Notes: generated from the sequence alone by a model not told the origin. DNA of 64,000 nt from Sphaerochaeta sp. (GCA_041654935.1 JBAZCM010000001.1:42516-106515), one strand, 5' to 3'. Counted from the first letter of the stretch, positions 50,089-59,731 are shown. A program made the numbers and translations.

Positions 50089-50544
50089 TCAATCCTCTAT
50101 TTGCAATACGTTTGCGTCTGTTTTTGCAGGGATTAGGCGTTTGATGAATGACTGGGTGCCTACATAGGACTTCTCAAATTCTTCTTCGCTCTCCTTAAGA
50201 GCTGCCTGCCATGCTGCACCAAAACCCGGACTGTTGATCGTCAATCGATCTACAGCAGTCTGATAGACATTCAAGCGAGCAATCTCCTTTCTTCCAGGCT
50301 TTTGTGAATACGTATTGACGGTAATACGGAGGTTTTCGTTTTGTTTCTTCAGATCTTCATTCTCTTGTCGGATCTTAGTAAGTCCATCGCTTTCCAAGTC
50401 CATTCGGTCAGCAAGCAACATCTTCAGTCGATCCATCTCCTTAGCGGCAGCTTTGCGCTCACCACTACGCTTAATCGCCATGATTATCAAGACGACCAGT
50501 GCGACAGCAAGACCGATACCAAGACCAATTGCGAAGTTCTTCAT
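50089..50544 (-). CDS. Hypothetical membrane-anchored coiled-coil protein
   Basis: N-terminal TM helix then coiled coil; GGAGG RBS. Confidence 0.75.
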   Translation of the reverse strand: MKNFAIGLGIGLAVALVVLIIMAIKRSGERKAAAKEMDRLKMLLADRMDLESDGLTKIRQENEDLKKQNENLRITVNTYSQKPGRKEIARLNVYQTAVDRLTINSPGFGAAWQAALKESEEEFEKSYVGTQSFIKRLIPAKTDANVLQIED

Positions 50545-50606
50545 GCCTCTCTCCTCCGATTTCGTAAAAAAGGTACTCTAACTGCTCACTTTTGTCAAAG
50601 CTGTCA

Positions 50607-51830
50607 TCAAGCAAAGCGAGCTCTCATTGCGTCAACAGAGTTTTCTATCGCTGCTGGAATGCTGATCCGACCATCAAAGACTGCCATATCCTTGAAGCCT
50701 GTCCCTGTTAACAAAGTACAGACCTCTACATTCTCACCAAAGCGATCGAGGAGCATTGAGGTGTCTTTTTTCAGAGCAGCCCAGGCGCACGCAGCAGCAG
50801 GTTCAACGAAAAGTCCTGCTTCGCTTGCCAACTCCAGTTGCGCTGACAAAATCTCTTGGTCCGTGACCTCAGTTGCCCAGCCATTGCTCTCACTGATATA
50901 GCGTACTGCCATTCGCCCGTTGGCAGGGCTTTCTACGCTGATTGAGTCGGCAAGTGTGGTCGCTCGTCTAAGATTAGAATAGTCGCCGGTTCCCCACGCC
51001 TTGCTGATGGCATTCGAAGCGGTAGATTGGGCGGCTACCAAGTGAGGAATGTTGTGGATAAGCCCTGCATCCTTCAGGTCCGAGAAGCCTTTATAGACAC
51101 CTGCAAAAATGCATCCATCCCCGGTGGGCACATACACCACTTCCGGTACTTTGCGACCTAACTGCAGAAATAGTTCTATGGAGACACTCTTCTTGCCTTC
51201 GATGGTCATTGGGTTATAGGCAGTGTTTCGGTTGATTCCACCAAACTCTTGTGTATACGCGATGGAGAGGGCAAAGGCGTCGTCATAACTGCCTTTGACC
51301 GGAACTACCGTCGCCCCATAGAGAACGCTCTGCATTAATTTATTCAAGGGAGCTGATTCTGGGACAAAAAGGATGATTTCAAGGCCATAGGCCGCACCGG
51401 CTGCGCTCATGGCAGCTCCGGCATTGCCGGTGGAAGCGAGGGCAATCTTTGATTGTTTATGGGCCAACGCCTGGGCAGCAATGAGAATGCTTGCCCGGTC
51501 CTTGAAGGATCCAGAGGGAAGAGCACCATCGAGCTTGAAGAAAAGATTCTTCAGGCCAGTAGCTTCCCGTAAAGCCTTCGGATGAACAATGGGAGTATTG
51601 GCGACAGGAAAGGCCAGAGGGTCTTTTATTTGGTAGGGCAGGAAGTCTTGCACAGAGAGCTGCTTCTTTCGTCTAAGCTTGGAGAGGTATGATTCATCCA
51701 GGCGGACAATGACATTACCGAGGGCGAAGGATGAGCCGTCATTGAGTGCTGAACACTTAGGACATTGATAAAAGATTTCTTTGCTCTTGTAGCGTCCATG
51801 GCAATCATTGCATACATAATTGAATTTCAT
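50607..51830 (-). CDS. Threonine synthase-like PLP enzyme (fold type II)
   Basis: N-terminal CxxC..CxxC, PSGSFKDR, ASTGNAG, VPTGDG, EPAAA, LTGTGFKD. Confidence 0.85.
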   Translation of the reverse strand: MKFNYVCNDCHGRYKSKEIFYQCPKCSALNDGSSFALGNVIVRLDESYLSKLRRKKQLSVQDFLPYQIKDPLAFPVANTPIVHPKALREATGLKNLFFKLDGALPSGSFKDRASILIAAQALAHKQSKIALASTGNAGAAMSAAGAAYGLEIILFVPESAPLNKLMQSVLYGATVVPVKGSYDDAFALSIAYTQEFGGINRNTAYNPMTIEGKKSVSIELFLQLGRKVPEVVYVPTGDGCIFAGVYKGFSDLKDAGLIHNIPHLVAAQSTASNAISKAWGTGDYSNLRRATTLADSISVESPANGRMAVRYISESNGWATEVTDQEILSAQLELASEAGLFVEPAAACAWAALKKDTSMLLDRFGENVEVCTLLTGTGFKDMAVFDGRISIPAAIENSVDAMRARFA

Positions 51831-51919
51831 CCCTTTGTCCTCCATTTCTGTTGTTTGGCAGATCTTGTATTCTCAGGTAGATTTATCTGAATCTTCACTA
51901 CCTATGTCACCGGATTTCC

Positions 51920-51948
51920 ATAGTAGGCCAGCCTATCAGCCACGTCAA
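51920..51948 (-). promoter_or_regulatory. Sigma70 promoter of the thrC-like gene
   Basis: TTGACG-N17-TACTAT on the minus strand. Confidence 0.65.
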
Positions 51949-52191
51949 TTGAAAGGTAGGTGCTCTTGGGCTGTTGTCCTGCAAATGAGTACAACCGTTC
52001 CATCAGTTGTTGTCGTTTTGCAAAGGAAATACAATTATAATGGACACAATGAAATGCGACATCATGTAAAAAATAGCGGATTTGTTACGCAATAAGCCAA
52101 AATATAGGTATAATATTTTGGAATTGCGTGATTTAAGCAATCATAGTCGAAGTGAGCTGCATTCAGTTTTTGTGGTAGCACAGAGAGCAGG

Positions 52192-52245
52192 TTTGTTGCG
52201 AATTGTTGCAATAAAGATTGACTTCTCGCCAATCTGCATTAGAAT
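52192..52245 (+). promoter_or_regulatory. Direct-repeat operator plus sigma70 promoter of ygfK
   Basis: TTGTTGCG-AA-TTGTTGCA at 52193-52210; TTGACT(52218)-N16-TAGAAT(52240). Confidence 0.6.
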
Positions 52246-52293
52246 AGCAATGGGTCGGCATGTCGCCGATCAAACACTGTCGTAGGAGTGAGT

Positions 52294-55200
52294 ATGGGAG
52301 ACATCATGCGCCCTGTTCCCTTCTCGGAACTGATCGAACGCATCGTCGGTGAGTATCGGATTCACCGTTCAATCTTTGGTATCGGCGAGGAGCAATTTTA
52401 CCTCGATTCGCACAAAAATGGCATTACTGTCTTCGGTCAGCACTGCTCCACTCCCGTTGGTCCTGCAGCGGGTCCGCACACCCAGTTGGCGCAGAACATT
52501 GTTGCCAGCTACTTGGTCGGTGGTCGGTTCATGGAGTTGAAAACTGTCCAGATCCTTGATGAGCTGGAGATTGAAAAGCCTTGTATCGACGTTCGTGATG
52601 AAGGCTACAACACCGAGTGGTCGACCGAGTACACCCTGCCCAAAGCGTGGGATGAGTATGCTAAGGCATGGATTATCCTTCATCTCCTTGAGGCGGTGAT
52701 GGGTGATGCTCCGTTTGAGCGGCCCTCCTTCATCTTCAACATGTCAGTAGGCTACAACCTTGAGGGTATCAAGACAGCCAAGATGCAGACGTTCATCGAC
52801 AACATGATCGATGCAACGGGCGATGAGCGCTTTGTCCAATACCTGGAAGAACTTGATGCCCTCATTGAAGAGGGGCTCTTCGAAGGCACTCCATGGGAGG
52901 GCAAGGAGAAGGAGTTGTCAGGTCTATCAAAGAAGATCAGTGCAAACATCAGTCCTTCAACGACGCTCTCAACGATGCATGGATGTCCGCCGGCAGAGAT
53001 CGAAGCTATCTGCTCTTACATGCTCACCGAGAAGAAGCTCAATACTTTCGTCAAACTCAATCCCACCTTGTTGGGATACGACACTGTCCGTGAGATTCTC
53101 GATACCCTCGGGTATGACTACATCACCCTCAAGCAAGAGAGCTTTGACAATGACCTGCAGTGGAGCGATGCCATCGCTATGCTCACTCGTTTGGTAGCTC
53201 TCTCCAAGGAGGTTGGCCTTGGCTTTGGAGTCAAGTTGACCAACACGCTCGGGTCGGTCAACGATCAAGGGGTCCTCGGTGGCGATGAGATGTACATGAG
53301 TGGCAGGGCGCTGCTTCCCATCTCTACGACCGTTGGTGAACGACTCTCCAAGGAGTTTGATGGGAAACTGCCAATCTCCTACAGCGGAGGAGCAACAGCC
53401 TTTACCATCAAGGAGCTCTTTGAGAGCGGAATCCGTCCCATTACTTTGGCAACCGATCTTCTCAAGCCAGGTGGATACACCCGCCTCAAGCAATTGGTAG
53501 AGATCCTCGAAGAGAGCAGAGGATGGGAGATGCAGAGCATCGACATCCCACGCCTTGAACAGTTGGCGACCAAGGCTCGTACCGGTGCCTATGCAGAGCT
53601 TGAGAAGCAATTTAGAGGCACCGATGCGGTGAAGGTGTATGAACGTCTTCCGATGTGGGACTGCTACGTAGCACCTTGCGTCGAAGCCTGTCCGATTCAC
53701 CAAGCAGTACCTGAGTATGTGCAGTTGGTTGGCCAAGGTCGCTACGGTGAAGCATTACAATTGATCTATGATACCAATGCACTGCCAGGGATCACCGGAC
53801 ACATCTGTGACCATCAGTGTCAGCTACACTGCACTCGTATGGATTACGAGGGAGCGGTGAAGATCCGGGATATGAAGCGTATCGCCGTTGAGAATGGGTT
53901 TGCCGACTTCAAGGAACGCTGGGAAGGACCACCTGAGAAAAGTAAGATCAAGGCAGCGGTAGTAGGGGCAGGTCCTGCAGGCCTTTCGGCAGCATACTTC
54001 CTCGCCCGAGCCGGTTTTGATACAACCGTCTATGAGCGTGAAGAGTCAGCTGGAGGGATCGTACGTCATGTTATTCCAGGCTTCCGCCTACCGGTTGAAG
54101 CCATTGAGAGTGATATTCGCTTTATCGAGGCCCATGGAGTTAAGTTCAATTTTGGCGCTGATATCCAAAGCTTGGATATCGCGACTCTCAAAGAGAGGGG
54201 ATATCATTCGATTTTCTACGCCATTGGCAGTGAAGTAGATAATGAGATTCCGCTGCAAGGAGATCGCAGTAGGGTACGCCCTTCACTGGCCTTCCTCTCA
54301 CAGTTCAGGCGCGATCCTGCTTCGCTGAGCCTGGGCAAGCACGTGGTGGTCGTCGGTGGCGGAAATACCGCTATGGATGGGGCACGGGCGGCTCACCGAG
54401 TTGCTGGGGTAGAAAAGGTAACGGTGCTCTACCGCCGAACTGAAGCCCAGATGCCCGCTGACCATGAGGAGTTTGCAAACGCCAAGGCCGATGGCATTGA
54501 GTTTATCTTCCTAGCGAACCCAGAACGTTTTGAGGAGCGCACCCTGACAGTCAGGCGTATGAAACTTGGGGAGAAGGATGAGAGCGGTAGGCGCAAACCA
54601 CTTGCCACCGACGAGACCTTCACCATCGAGTGTGACACGATGATCACCGCCATCGGTGAACGGCCTGATGGGGAGCAGCTTACTTGGTATGGTGTACCGA
54701 CCAATGAGAAGGGCTGGCCGATTGCAGACGATGAGAGCCTGGAAAGTGAAGTCGACGATGTGTACATCATCGGTGATGTTTACACTGGTCCCTCCACAAT
54801 CGTGCGGTGTATTGCCAGTGGCCGAAAGGCGGTGGAGAGTGCCATCGACAAGATCCTCGGACCCGAGGATGAGGATGAACACAACCATGACGACGATTGG
54901 GACGATGATGAGGACTACTCCTTTGAAGAGAGTGAAGAGATCGTTGCCGCTGAGAATGAGTTCTTTGCAGAACTCGCCCAAAAACGTAGCAAAATCCTGA
55001 CTTCGAAGATCTTCGGCGATGCGGAGTTTGCCCGTATTGAAGCTGAGCGCTGTATGGAGTGCTCCTATGTATGCAACAAGTGTGTCGATGTCTGCCCCAA
55101 CCGGGCAAATGTCGCCATCGATGTCCGTAACACCGGATTCTTTGAGGACCCATTCCAAATCCTCCACCTTGATGCATTCTGCAACGAGTGTGGCAACTGT

Positions 55201-55467
55201 GAGACCTTCTGTCCCTACGATGGAGGGCCATATCGCAAGAAGTTCACGCTCTTTAATACCAAAGAGGACTTTGATGATTCGTCCAACAGTGGCTTCTGGG
55301 CCGATGGGCCTGAGGTACTGGTACGAATGGAGGGGAGGACAGTAGCCTGCTCAATAGACGGGGATGGTCTATTGGCTGCCGATGCGCCGATCGACGATGA
55401 GGCTGCTGCGATGATCGAGACGATTTACACCTCATACAGCTATCTCTTGGGATATGTCGAGGAGTAA
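52294..55467 (+). CDS. ygfK: YgfK-family flavin/Fe-S oxidoreductase (annotated putative selenate reductase; purine catabolism)
   Basis: MGDIMRPVPF, GPAAGPHTQLAQN, VKLNPTLLG, GAGPAG, GGGNTAMD, CVDVCPNRAN, CNECGNC. Confidence 0.95.
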   Translation: MGDIMRPVPFSELIERIVGEYRIHRSIFGIGEEQFYLDSHKNGITVFGQHCSTPVGPAAGPHTQLAQNIVASYLVGGRFMELKTVQILDELEIEKPCIDVRDEGYNTEWSTEYTLPKAWDEYAKAWIILHLLEAVMGDAPFERPSFIFNMSVGYNLEGIKTAKMQTFIDNMIDATGDERFVQYLEELDALIEEGLFEGTPWEGKEKELSGLSKKISANISPSTTLSTMHGCPPAEIEAICSYMLTEKKLNTFVKLNPTLLGYDTVREILDTLGYDYITLKQESFDNDLQWSDAIAMLTRLVALSKEVGLGFGVKLTNTLGSVNDQGVLGGDEMYMSGRALLPISTTVGERLSKEFDGKLPISYSGGATAFTIKELFESGIRPITLATDLLKPGGYTRLKQLVEILEESRGWEMQSIDIPRLEQLATKARTGAYAELEKQFRGTDAVKVYERLPMWDCYVAPCVEACPIHQAVPEYVQLVGQGRYGEALQLIYDTNALPGITGHICDHQCQLHCTRMDYEGAVKIRDMKRIAVENGFADFKERWEGPPEKSKIKAAVVGAGPAGLSAAYFLARAGFDTTVYEREESAGGIVRHVIPGFRLPVEAIESDIRFIEAHGVKFNFGADIQSLDIATLKERGYHSIFYAIGSEVDNEIPLQGDRSRVRPSLAFLSQFRRDPASLSLGKHVVVVGGGNTAMDGARAAHRVAGVEKVTVLYRRTEAQMPADHEEFANAKADGIEFIFLANPERFEERTLTVRRMKLGEKDESGRRKPLATDETFTIECDTMITAIGERPDGEQLTWYGVPTNEKGWPIADDESLESEVDDVYIIGDVYTGPSTIVRCIASGRKAVESAIDKILGPEDEDEHNHDDDWDDDEDYSFEESEEIVAAENEFFAELAQKRSKILTSKIFGDAEFARIEAERCMECSYVCNKCVDVCPNRANVAIDVRNTGFFEDPFQILHLDAFCNECGNCETFCPYDGGPYRKKFTLFNTKEDFDDSSNSGFWADGPEVLVRMEGRTVACSIDGDGLLAADAPIDDEAAAMIETIYTSYSYLLGYVEE

Positions 55468-55477
55468 GGGGGATTAT

Positions 55478-56800
55478 ATGGCAACGATTGTGATTAAAGA
55501 GACGAGGATCATGCAGACGGCGCCGCCGTTTGAGGTCAGTGAAGCCGTTGATATCGTTATCGTTGATGATTTGATTACCGCAGTCGGTAAGGGAGCAGCC
55601 TCCTCAGTGAAGGCCGACAAAATCATAGATGGACGAGGCAAGACAGTCCTGCCAGGGAACGTTTGTGCCCATCATCACTACTACAGCGGCCTTTCGCGAG
55701 GGATGCTTATTTCCACAGGTCCGCAGCGAGATTTTGTACAGGTGCTCCAAGAGTGGTGGTGGCGCCTCGATCGAGGTCTCGGTGAGGAGGCATGTTACTA
55801 CAGTTCCTTGATCTGCTCCATCGACGCCATCCTCGCCGGCACTACCTGCGCCATTGACCACCATGCAAGTCCCTCCTTCATCGAAGGAAGCCTTGATGTC
55901 ATCGCCCGTGGGATGGAAGAGGTGGGCCTGCGCGGCTCTACCTGTTATGAGGTGACCGATCGTAACGGCGGGATGGATGAGGTTGAGCGAGGGGTAGAGG
56001 AGAACGTGCGCTTTGCAAAGACCTGCACCGACCGATCGCTTGTCAAAGCGATGATCGGTGGCCATGCTCCCTTCACTATCCCCGATGAAGGGTTGGCCCT
56101 GATGGGCGAGGCGGTACGCGAGACCGGATGTGGTATTCACCTGCATGTGGCAGAAGATCGCTATGATGCGGTACAAAGCCATCATATCCACAAGATGGAT
56201 ATCGTCGATCGCTTGGAGAAGTATGGACTGCTGAGCAACAAAGCGCTCTTGGTCCATGGCTTGTACCTCAACGACGATGAGATCGACACGATCAATCGAT
56301 ATGGGACTTTCCTTGCCCACAACGCCCGCAGCAACATGAACAATCATGTCGGTTACTTTGGACGAATTGAGGATGTAGAGAACCTGCTCATCGGCACCGA
56401 TGGCTGTGGCGGTAACATGTTCGAGGAGCTCAAGCTGGCCTTCTTCAAACATAAGGATGAAGGACGACCGTGGTGGCCCAGCGACTATGTGGGCGCCCTC
56501 AATCGTGCAAACCGCCTTCTGGAGCGCTACTTCGATGGTAAGTTTGGTATGGTGGCCCCAGGGTATAAGGCTGATTTGATGATAACTGATTACCACAGTC
56601 CGACACCGCTTGTTAGCGATAATGCTGCCAGTCACTTTGTGTGGGGAATGAGCTCCAATTGTGTTGAGAGCGTAATCGTCGATGGAAAGATTGTAATGGA
56701 GGATCGTACGATCGCGCACATTGATGTGGATGCGATCTATCGTGAAGCGGCCAAGGTTGCCGCAAAGGTTTGGAAAACCGTAGACAACATCACTCCCTAG
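55478..56800 (+). CDS. ssnA: SsnA amidohydrolase
   Basis: CAHHHYYSGLSRG, WWRLDR, DHHASP, GHAPFT, HVAED, RSNMNNHVGY. Confidence 0.93.
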   Translation: MATIVIKETRIMQTAPPFEVSEAVDIVIVDDLITAVGKGAASSVKADKIIDGRGKTVLPGNVCAHHHYYSGLSRGMLISTGPQRDFVQVLQEWWWRLDRGLGEEACYYSSLICSIDAILAGTTCAIDHHASPSFIEGSLDVIARGMEEVGLRGSTCYEVTDRNGGMDEVERGVEENVRFAKTCTDRSLVKAMIGGHAPFTIPDEGLALMGEAVRETGCGIHLHVAEDRYDAVQSHHIHKMDIVDRLEKYGLLSNKALLVHGLYLNDDEIDTINRYGTFLAHNARSNMNNHVGYFGRIEDVENLLIGTDGCGGNMFEELKLAFFKHKDEGRPWWPSDYVGALNRANRLLERYFDGKFGMVAPGYKADLMITDYHSPTPLVSDNAASHFVWGMSSNCVESVIVDGKIVMEDRTIAHIDVDAIYREAAKVAAKVWKTVDNITP

Positions 56801-56832
56801 GGGGTGAAAATCATAAAGAAAAGGGGTAATGC

Positions 56833-58053
56833 ATGAAGACAATTGCAGAACAAATCAGACAGAAAGCCGCTGAGTACCGTGACTACACGGCAGAGAACCT
56901 CTCCAAGATGGTGAAGGTCAAGAGCTACAGCTCCCAAGAGGAGGATGTATGTCGCCTGATCGTCACTCTCTGCGAGGAAGCGGGGTTTGACGAGGTCTAT
57001 ATCGACGGACTTGGCTCTGTCGTCGCCCGGGTGGGCAACGGACCGAAGCAACTTGCCTTCGATGCACACGTGGACACCGTAGAGGTTGGAAACCTGGATA
57101 ACTGGAATTTCGATCCCTTCAGTGGAGAGATCAAGGATGGCAAGGTCTGGGGTCGTGGTTCCAGTGACCAAAAGGGTGGGGCCGCTTCGATGATCACCGC
57201 AGGGCGGATCCTCAAGGATCTTGGCTACGGTGGTGAGTATACCGTCTTCTTTACCTTCACGGTAATGGAAGAGGATTGTGACGGCATGTGCTGGAAGTAC
57301 CTCATCGAAGAAGAGGGCTTGAAGCCAGACTTGGTCGTTTCCACTGAGCCGACAAGCTGCCGACTCTATCGCGGTCACCGCGGACGGATGGAAATTCGCG
57401 TCTTCCTCAAGGGAATCAGTGCTCACGGTAGTGCTCCAGAGCGCGGAGTAAGTGCCGCTTACAAGGCTGCTAAAGCTGCATTGGCAATTGAGCAACTGAA
57501 TAAAGATCTGCTGCCAGATGAGGATAAGTTCCTCGGCAAGGGCACAATCACCGTCAGCCAGATGGATGTGAAGGGACCGAGTCAGTGTGCGGTGGCCGAC
57601 TACGCCATGCTCTACCTCGATCGACGGCTGACCTGGGGTGAGGATGCCACTATGGCAATGGATCAGGTGCGCGACTACATCAGCAAGGCAACCGGTGATG
57701 ATCCTGAATCAATCGTCGTTGAGATGCCCAACTATGAGAAGGTTGGCTGGACGAAGAAGGAATACTCCCAGGAGCTCTACTTCCCCACCTGGAAGATCGA
57801 TGAAGACCACTACCTCGTGCAAGCCGGTGTTGCTGCCCACAAAGCACTCTTTGAAAAGGATCCGGTAGTCGATAAGTGGACCTTCTCAACCAACTTGGTG
57901 GCCACCACCGGCCGTCATAAGATTCCGGCAATCGGCTTTGGCCCTGGTGATGAAGATCAGGCCCATGCACCCAACGAAATCAACAGGATCGACGACCTGG
58001 AGATCTGTGCAGCCTTCTATGCAATGCTGCCCTACTCGTTGGAGAAGAAGTAA
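56833..58053 (+). CDS. ygeY: YgeY family M20 hydrolase
   Basis: DAHVDTV, DQKGG, EEDCDG, GHRGRME, VDKWTFSTN, GFGPG..QAHAPNE. Confidence 0.93.
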   Translation: MKTIAEQIRQKAAEYRDYTAENLSKMVKVKSYSSQEEDVCRLIVTLCEEAGFDEVYIDGLGSVVARVGNGPKQLAFDAHVDTVEVGNLDNWNFDPFSGEIKDGKVWGRGSSDQKGGAASMITAGRILKDLGYGGEYTVFFTFTVMEEDCDGMCWKYLIEEEGLKPDLVVSTEPTSCRLYRGHRGRMEIRVFLKGISAHGSAPERGVSAAYKAAKAALAIEQLNKDLLPDEDKFLGKGTITVSQMDVKGPSQCAVADYAMLYLDRRLTWGEDATMAMDQVRDYISKATGDDPESIVVEMPNYEKVGWTKKEYSQELYFPTWKIDEDHYLVQAGVAAHKALFEKDPVVDKWTFSTNLVATTGRHKIPAIGFGPGDEDQAHAPNEINRIDDLEICAAFYAMLPYSLEKK

Positions 58054-58090
58054 AAACGTGGTGTATTTGGCACCATCGGTGTGATATACT

Positions 58091-58342
58091 TGAGCTACGG
58101 AAGATGGTTCCGTAGCTCAGTAAAAGCGTATCTGGCCGCCTAGTAAGCGGTGAGAAAGAGGGCCTGCCCCCACTAGGGGCCCTGGGGGTAAGGCGGCATG
58201 GATGAACTAAGGTAGCAGGTGGTCCCCTTGCCTCCTGCTCCTTCCTTGCGGAACTAGCCGCATGCCGAGCCGACTTAGTGCAAGACCGGCTTGTTGGATC
58301 TACTTAGGCCGATCTTCGCTCGTATTAAGGAGAACCGAAGGC
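58091..58342 (+). ncRNA. Candidate structured cis-regulatory RNA (family not recognised)
   Basis: GC-rich 290-nt intergenic gap with at least six stems and complementary loops; extended -10 TGaTATACT at 58082-58090 upstream; see findings. Confidence 0.5.
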
Positions 58343-59731
58343 ATGAGTTCCTCGCTTCTATTAAAAAATATCTACTGTCTACAGACCTCATTTGATGCAC
58401 CGCAGCAAAGCGGTGTTGATTTATTGATCATAAACAATAAGGTCACTGCAATCGGCAAGACAGGCACTGTCATTGCCCCTGAGCAGACGCAAGTCCTCGA
58501 CTGCTCCCACCACGTGGTTCTCCCCGGGCTTGTCAATACCCACCACCACTTCTATCAGACCCTTACCCGCAACCACCCAGCAGTTCAGAATGCCAAACTT
58601 TTCGACTGGCTGACCTTCCTCTACGATGTGTGGAAGTATATCGATGAAGATGCGATCTATTACTCTTCAATGCTGGCGATGGCTGAGCTTGCCAAGACCG
58701 GCTGTACCCTTACCACCGACCACCACTACCTCTATCCCCGCTCAATCAGCGCGGATGTGATGGGATTACAATTCAAGGCTTCCGATACGATCGGCATGCG
58801 TTTCAGTCCGACCCGCGGGTCGATGAGTCTCTCCAAGAAGGATGGAGGTCTGCCACCGGACAGTGTGGTGCAAAGCGATGACCAGATTCTCGCCGATAGT
58901 GAGCGCGTCATTGCCCAGTACCATGACCCCGCCCCTGATGCGATGCACAAGGTTGCCTTGGCCCCCTGTAGCCCTTTTACCGTTACCAAAGGTTTGATGC
59001 GTGATACGGTGCACCTTGCCCGTAAACATGGGGTGCGCCTACACACTCACCTCTGTGAGACCGCCGATGAGAACGACTTCTGCCTGGACATGTATGGGAT
59101 GCGCCCAGTTGCATTGATGGAGGAGTGCGAGCTTATTGGCAGCGATGTCTGGTACGCCCATGGCATCCATTTCAACGACGATGAGCTACGCCTACTGAAG
59201 GAGACCGGTAGCCACATCGCCCATTGCCCGTCATCGAATATGCGCCTTGCCAGCGGTATATGTCGGGTGAGAGAGATGCTGGATATGGGTATCAACCTAG
59301 GTATCGCAGTCGATGGTAGCGCCAGCAATGATAGCTCGGATATGCTTGCTGAAGTCCGCCAAGCACTCTTGCTACAGCGCGTTAAATATGGTGCTGCGGG
59401 TTTGACCGCCACCGAGGCATTCACCATGGCAACCGAAGGAGGGGCAAAGCTACTCAACTTCGGAAACGTCGGGCGCCTGGAAGAGGGATGGGTTGCAGAC
59501 CTCGCAGTCTGGGATGTATCGACTCTTCCCTATGCAGGAGCACAGAGTGACCCGGTCGCTGCCCTGATTTTCTGTGGTACCAACCATAACACTACCCACA
59601 CTGTTATCAACGGAAAGCTTGTCGTCCATGATGGGGAGCTTGTTGGATTTGAAGAGGATGAACTCGCCGCCAAGGCGAATGAGATTAGCAGGGGCATGCT
59701 TGATAAGGCAGCCCGTAAGGAGGTCGTATGA
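58343..59731 (+). CDS. 8-oxoguanine deaminase-like amidohydrolase
   Basis: NTHHHFYQTLTR, DHHYLYP, RGSMS..DGGLPPD, APCSPF, HLCET, CPSSNMRLASG, VDGSASND; start at ATG 58343 after AAGGAG. Confidence 0.88.
   Translation: MSSSLLLKNIYCLQTSFDAPQQSGVDLLIINNKVTAIGKTGTVIAPEQTQVLDCSHHVVLPGLVNTHHHFYQTLTRNHPAVQNAKLFDWLTFLYDVWKYIDEDAIYYSSMLAMAELAKTGCTLTTDHHYLYPRSISADVMGLQFKASDTIGMRFSPTRGSMSLSKKDGGLPPDSVVQSDDQILADSERVIAQYHDPAPDAMHKVALAPCSPFTVTKGLMRDTVHLARKHGVRLHTHLCETADENDFCLDMYGMRPVALMEECELIGSDVWYAHGIHFNDDELRLLKETGSHIAHCPSSNMRLASGICRVREMLDMGINLGIAVDGSASNDSSDMLAEVRQALLLQRVKYGAAGLTATEAFTMATEGGAKLLNFGNVGRLEEGWVADLAVWDVSTLPYAGAQSDPVAALIFCGTNHNTTHTVINGKLVVHDGELVGFEEDELAAKANEISRGMLDKAARKEVV

Noticed and set aside
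55604-56842. 412-aa antisense ORF over ssnA, and similar antisense ORFs over ygfK, trxB and fba
   Set aside because: They lie opposite well-supported genes, show no recognisable motifs, and are expected from codon bias.
58067-58082. Sigma54 promoter (TTGGCAC) before the structured leader
   Set aside because: The -12 position reads GTGT rather than TTGC; the extended sigma70 -10 fits better.
58198-58215. Mini-ORF MDELR as an attenuator leader peptide
   Set aside because: Five codons, weak RBS, no regulatory codon run and no downstream terminator.
58237-58258. Minus-strand GCTAGTTCCGCAAGGAAGGAGC resembling SRP RNA domain IV
   Set aside because: The conserved CAGG/AGCA symmetric loop is altered and the flanks do not form the SRP helix; a cmsearch with SRP models would settle it.
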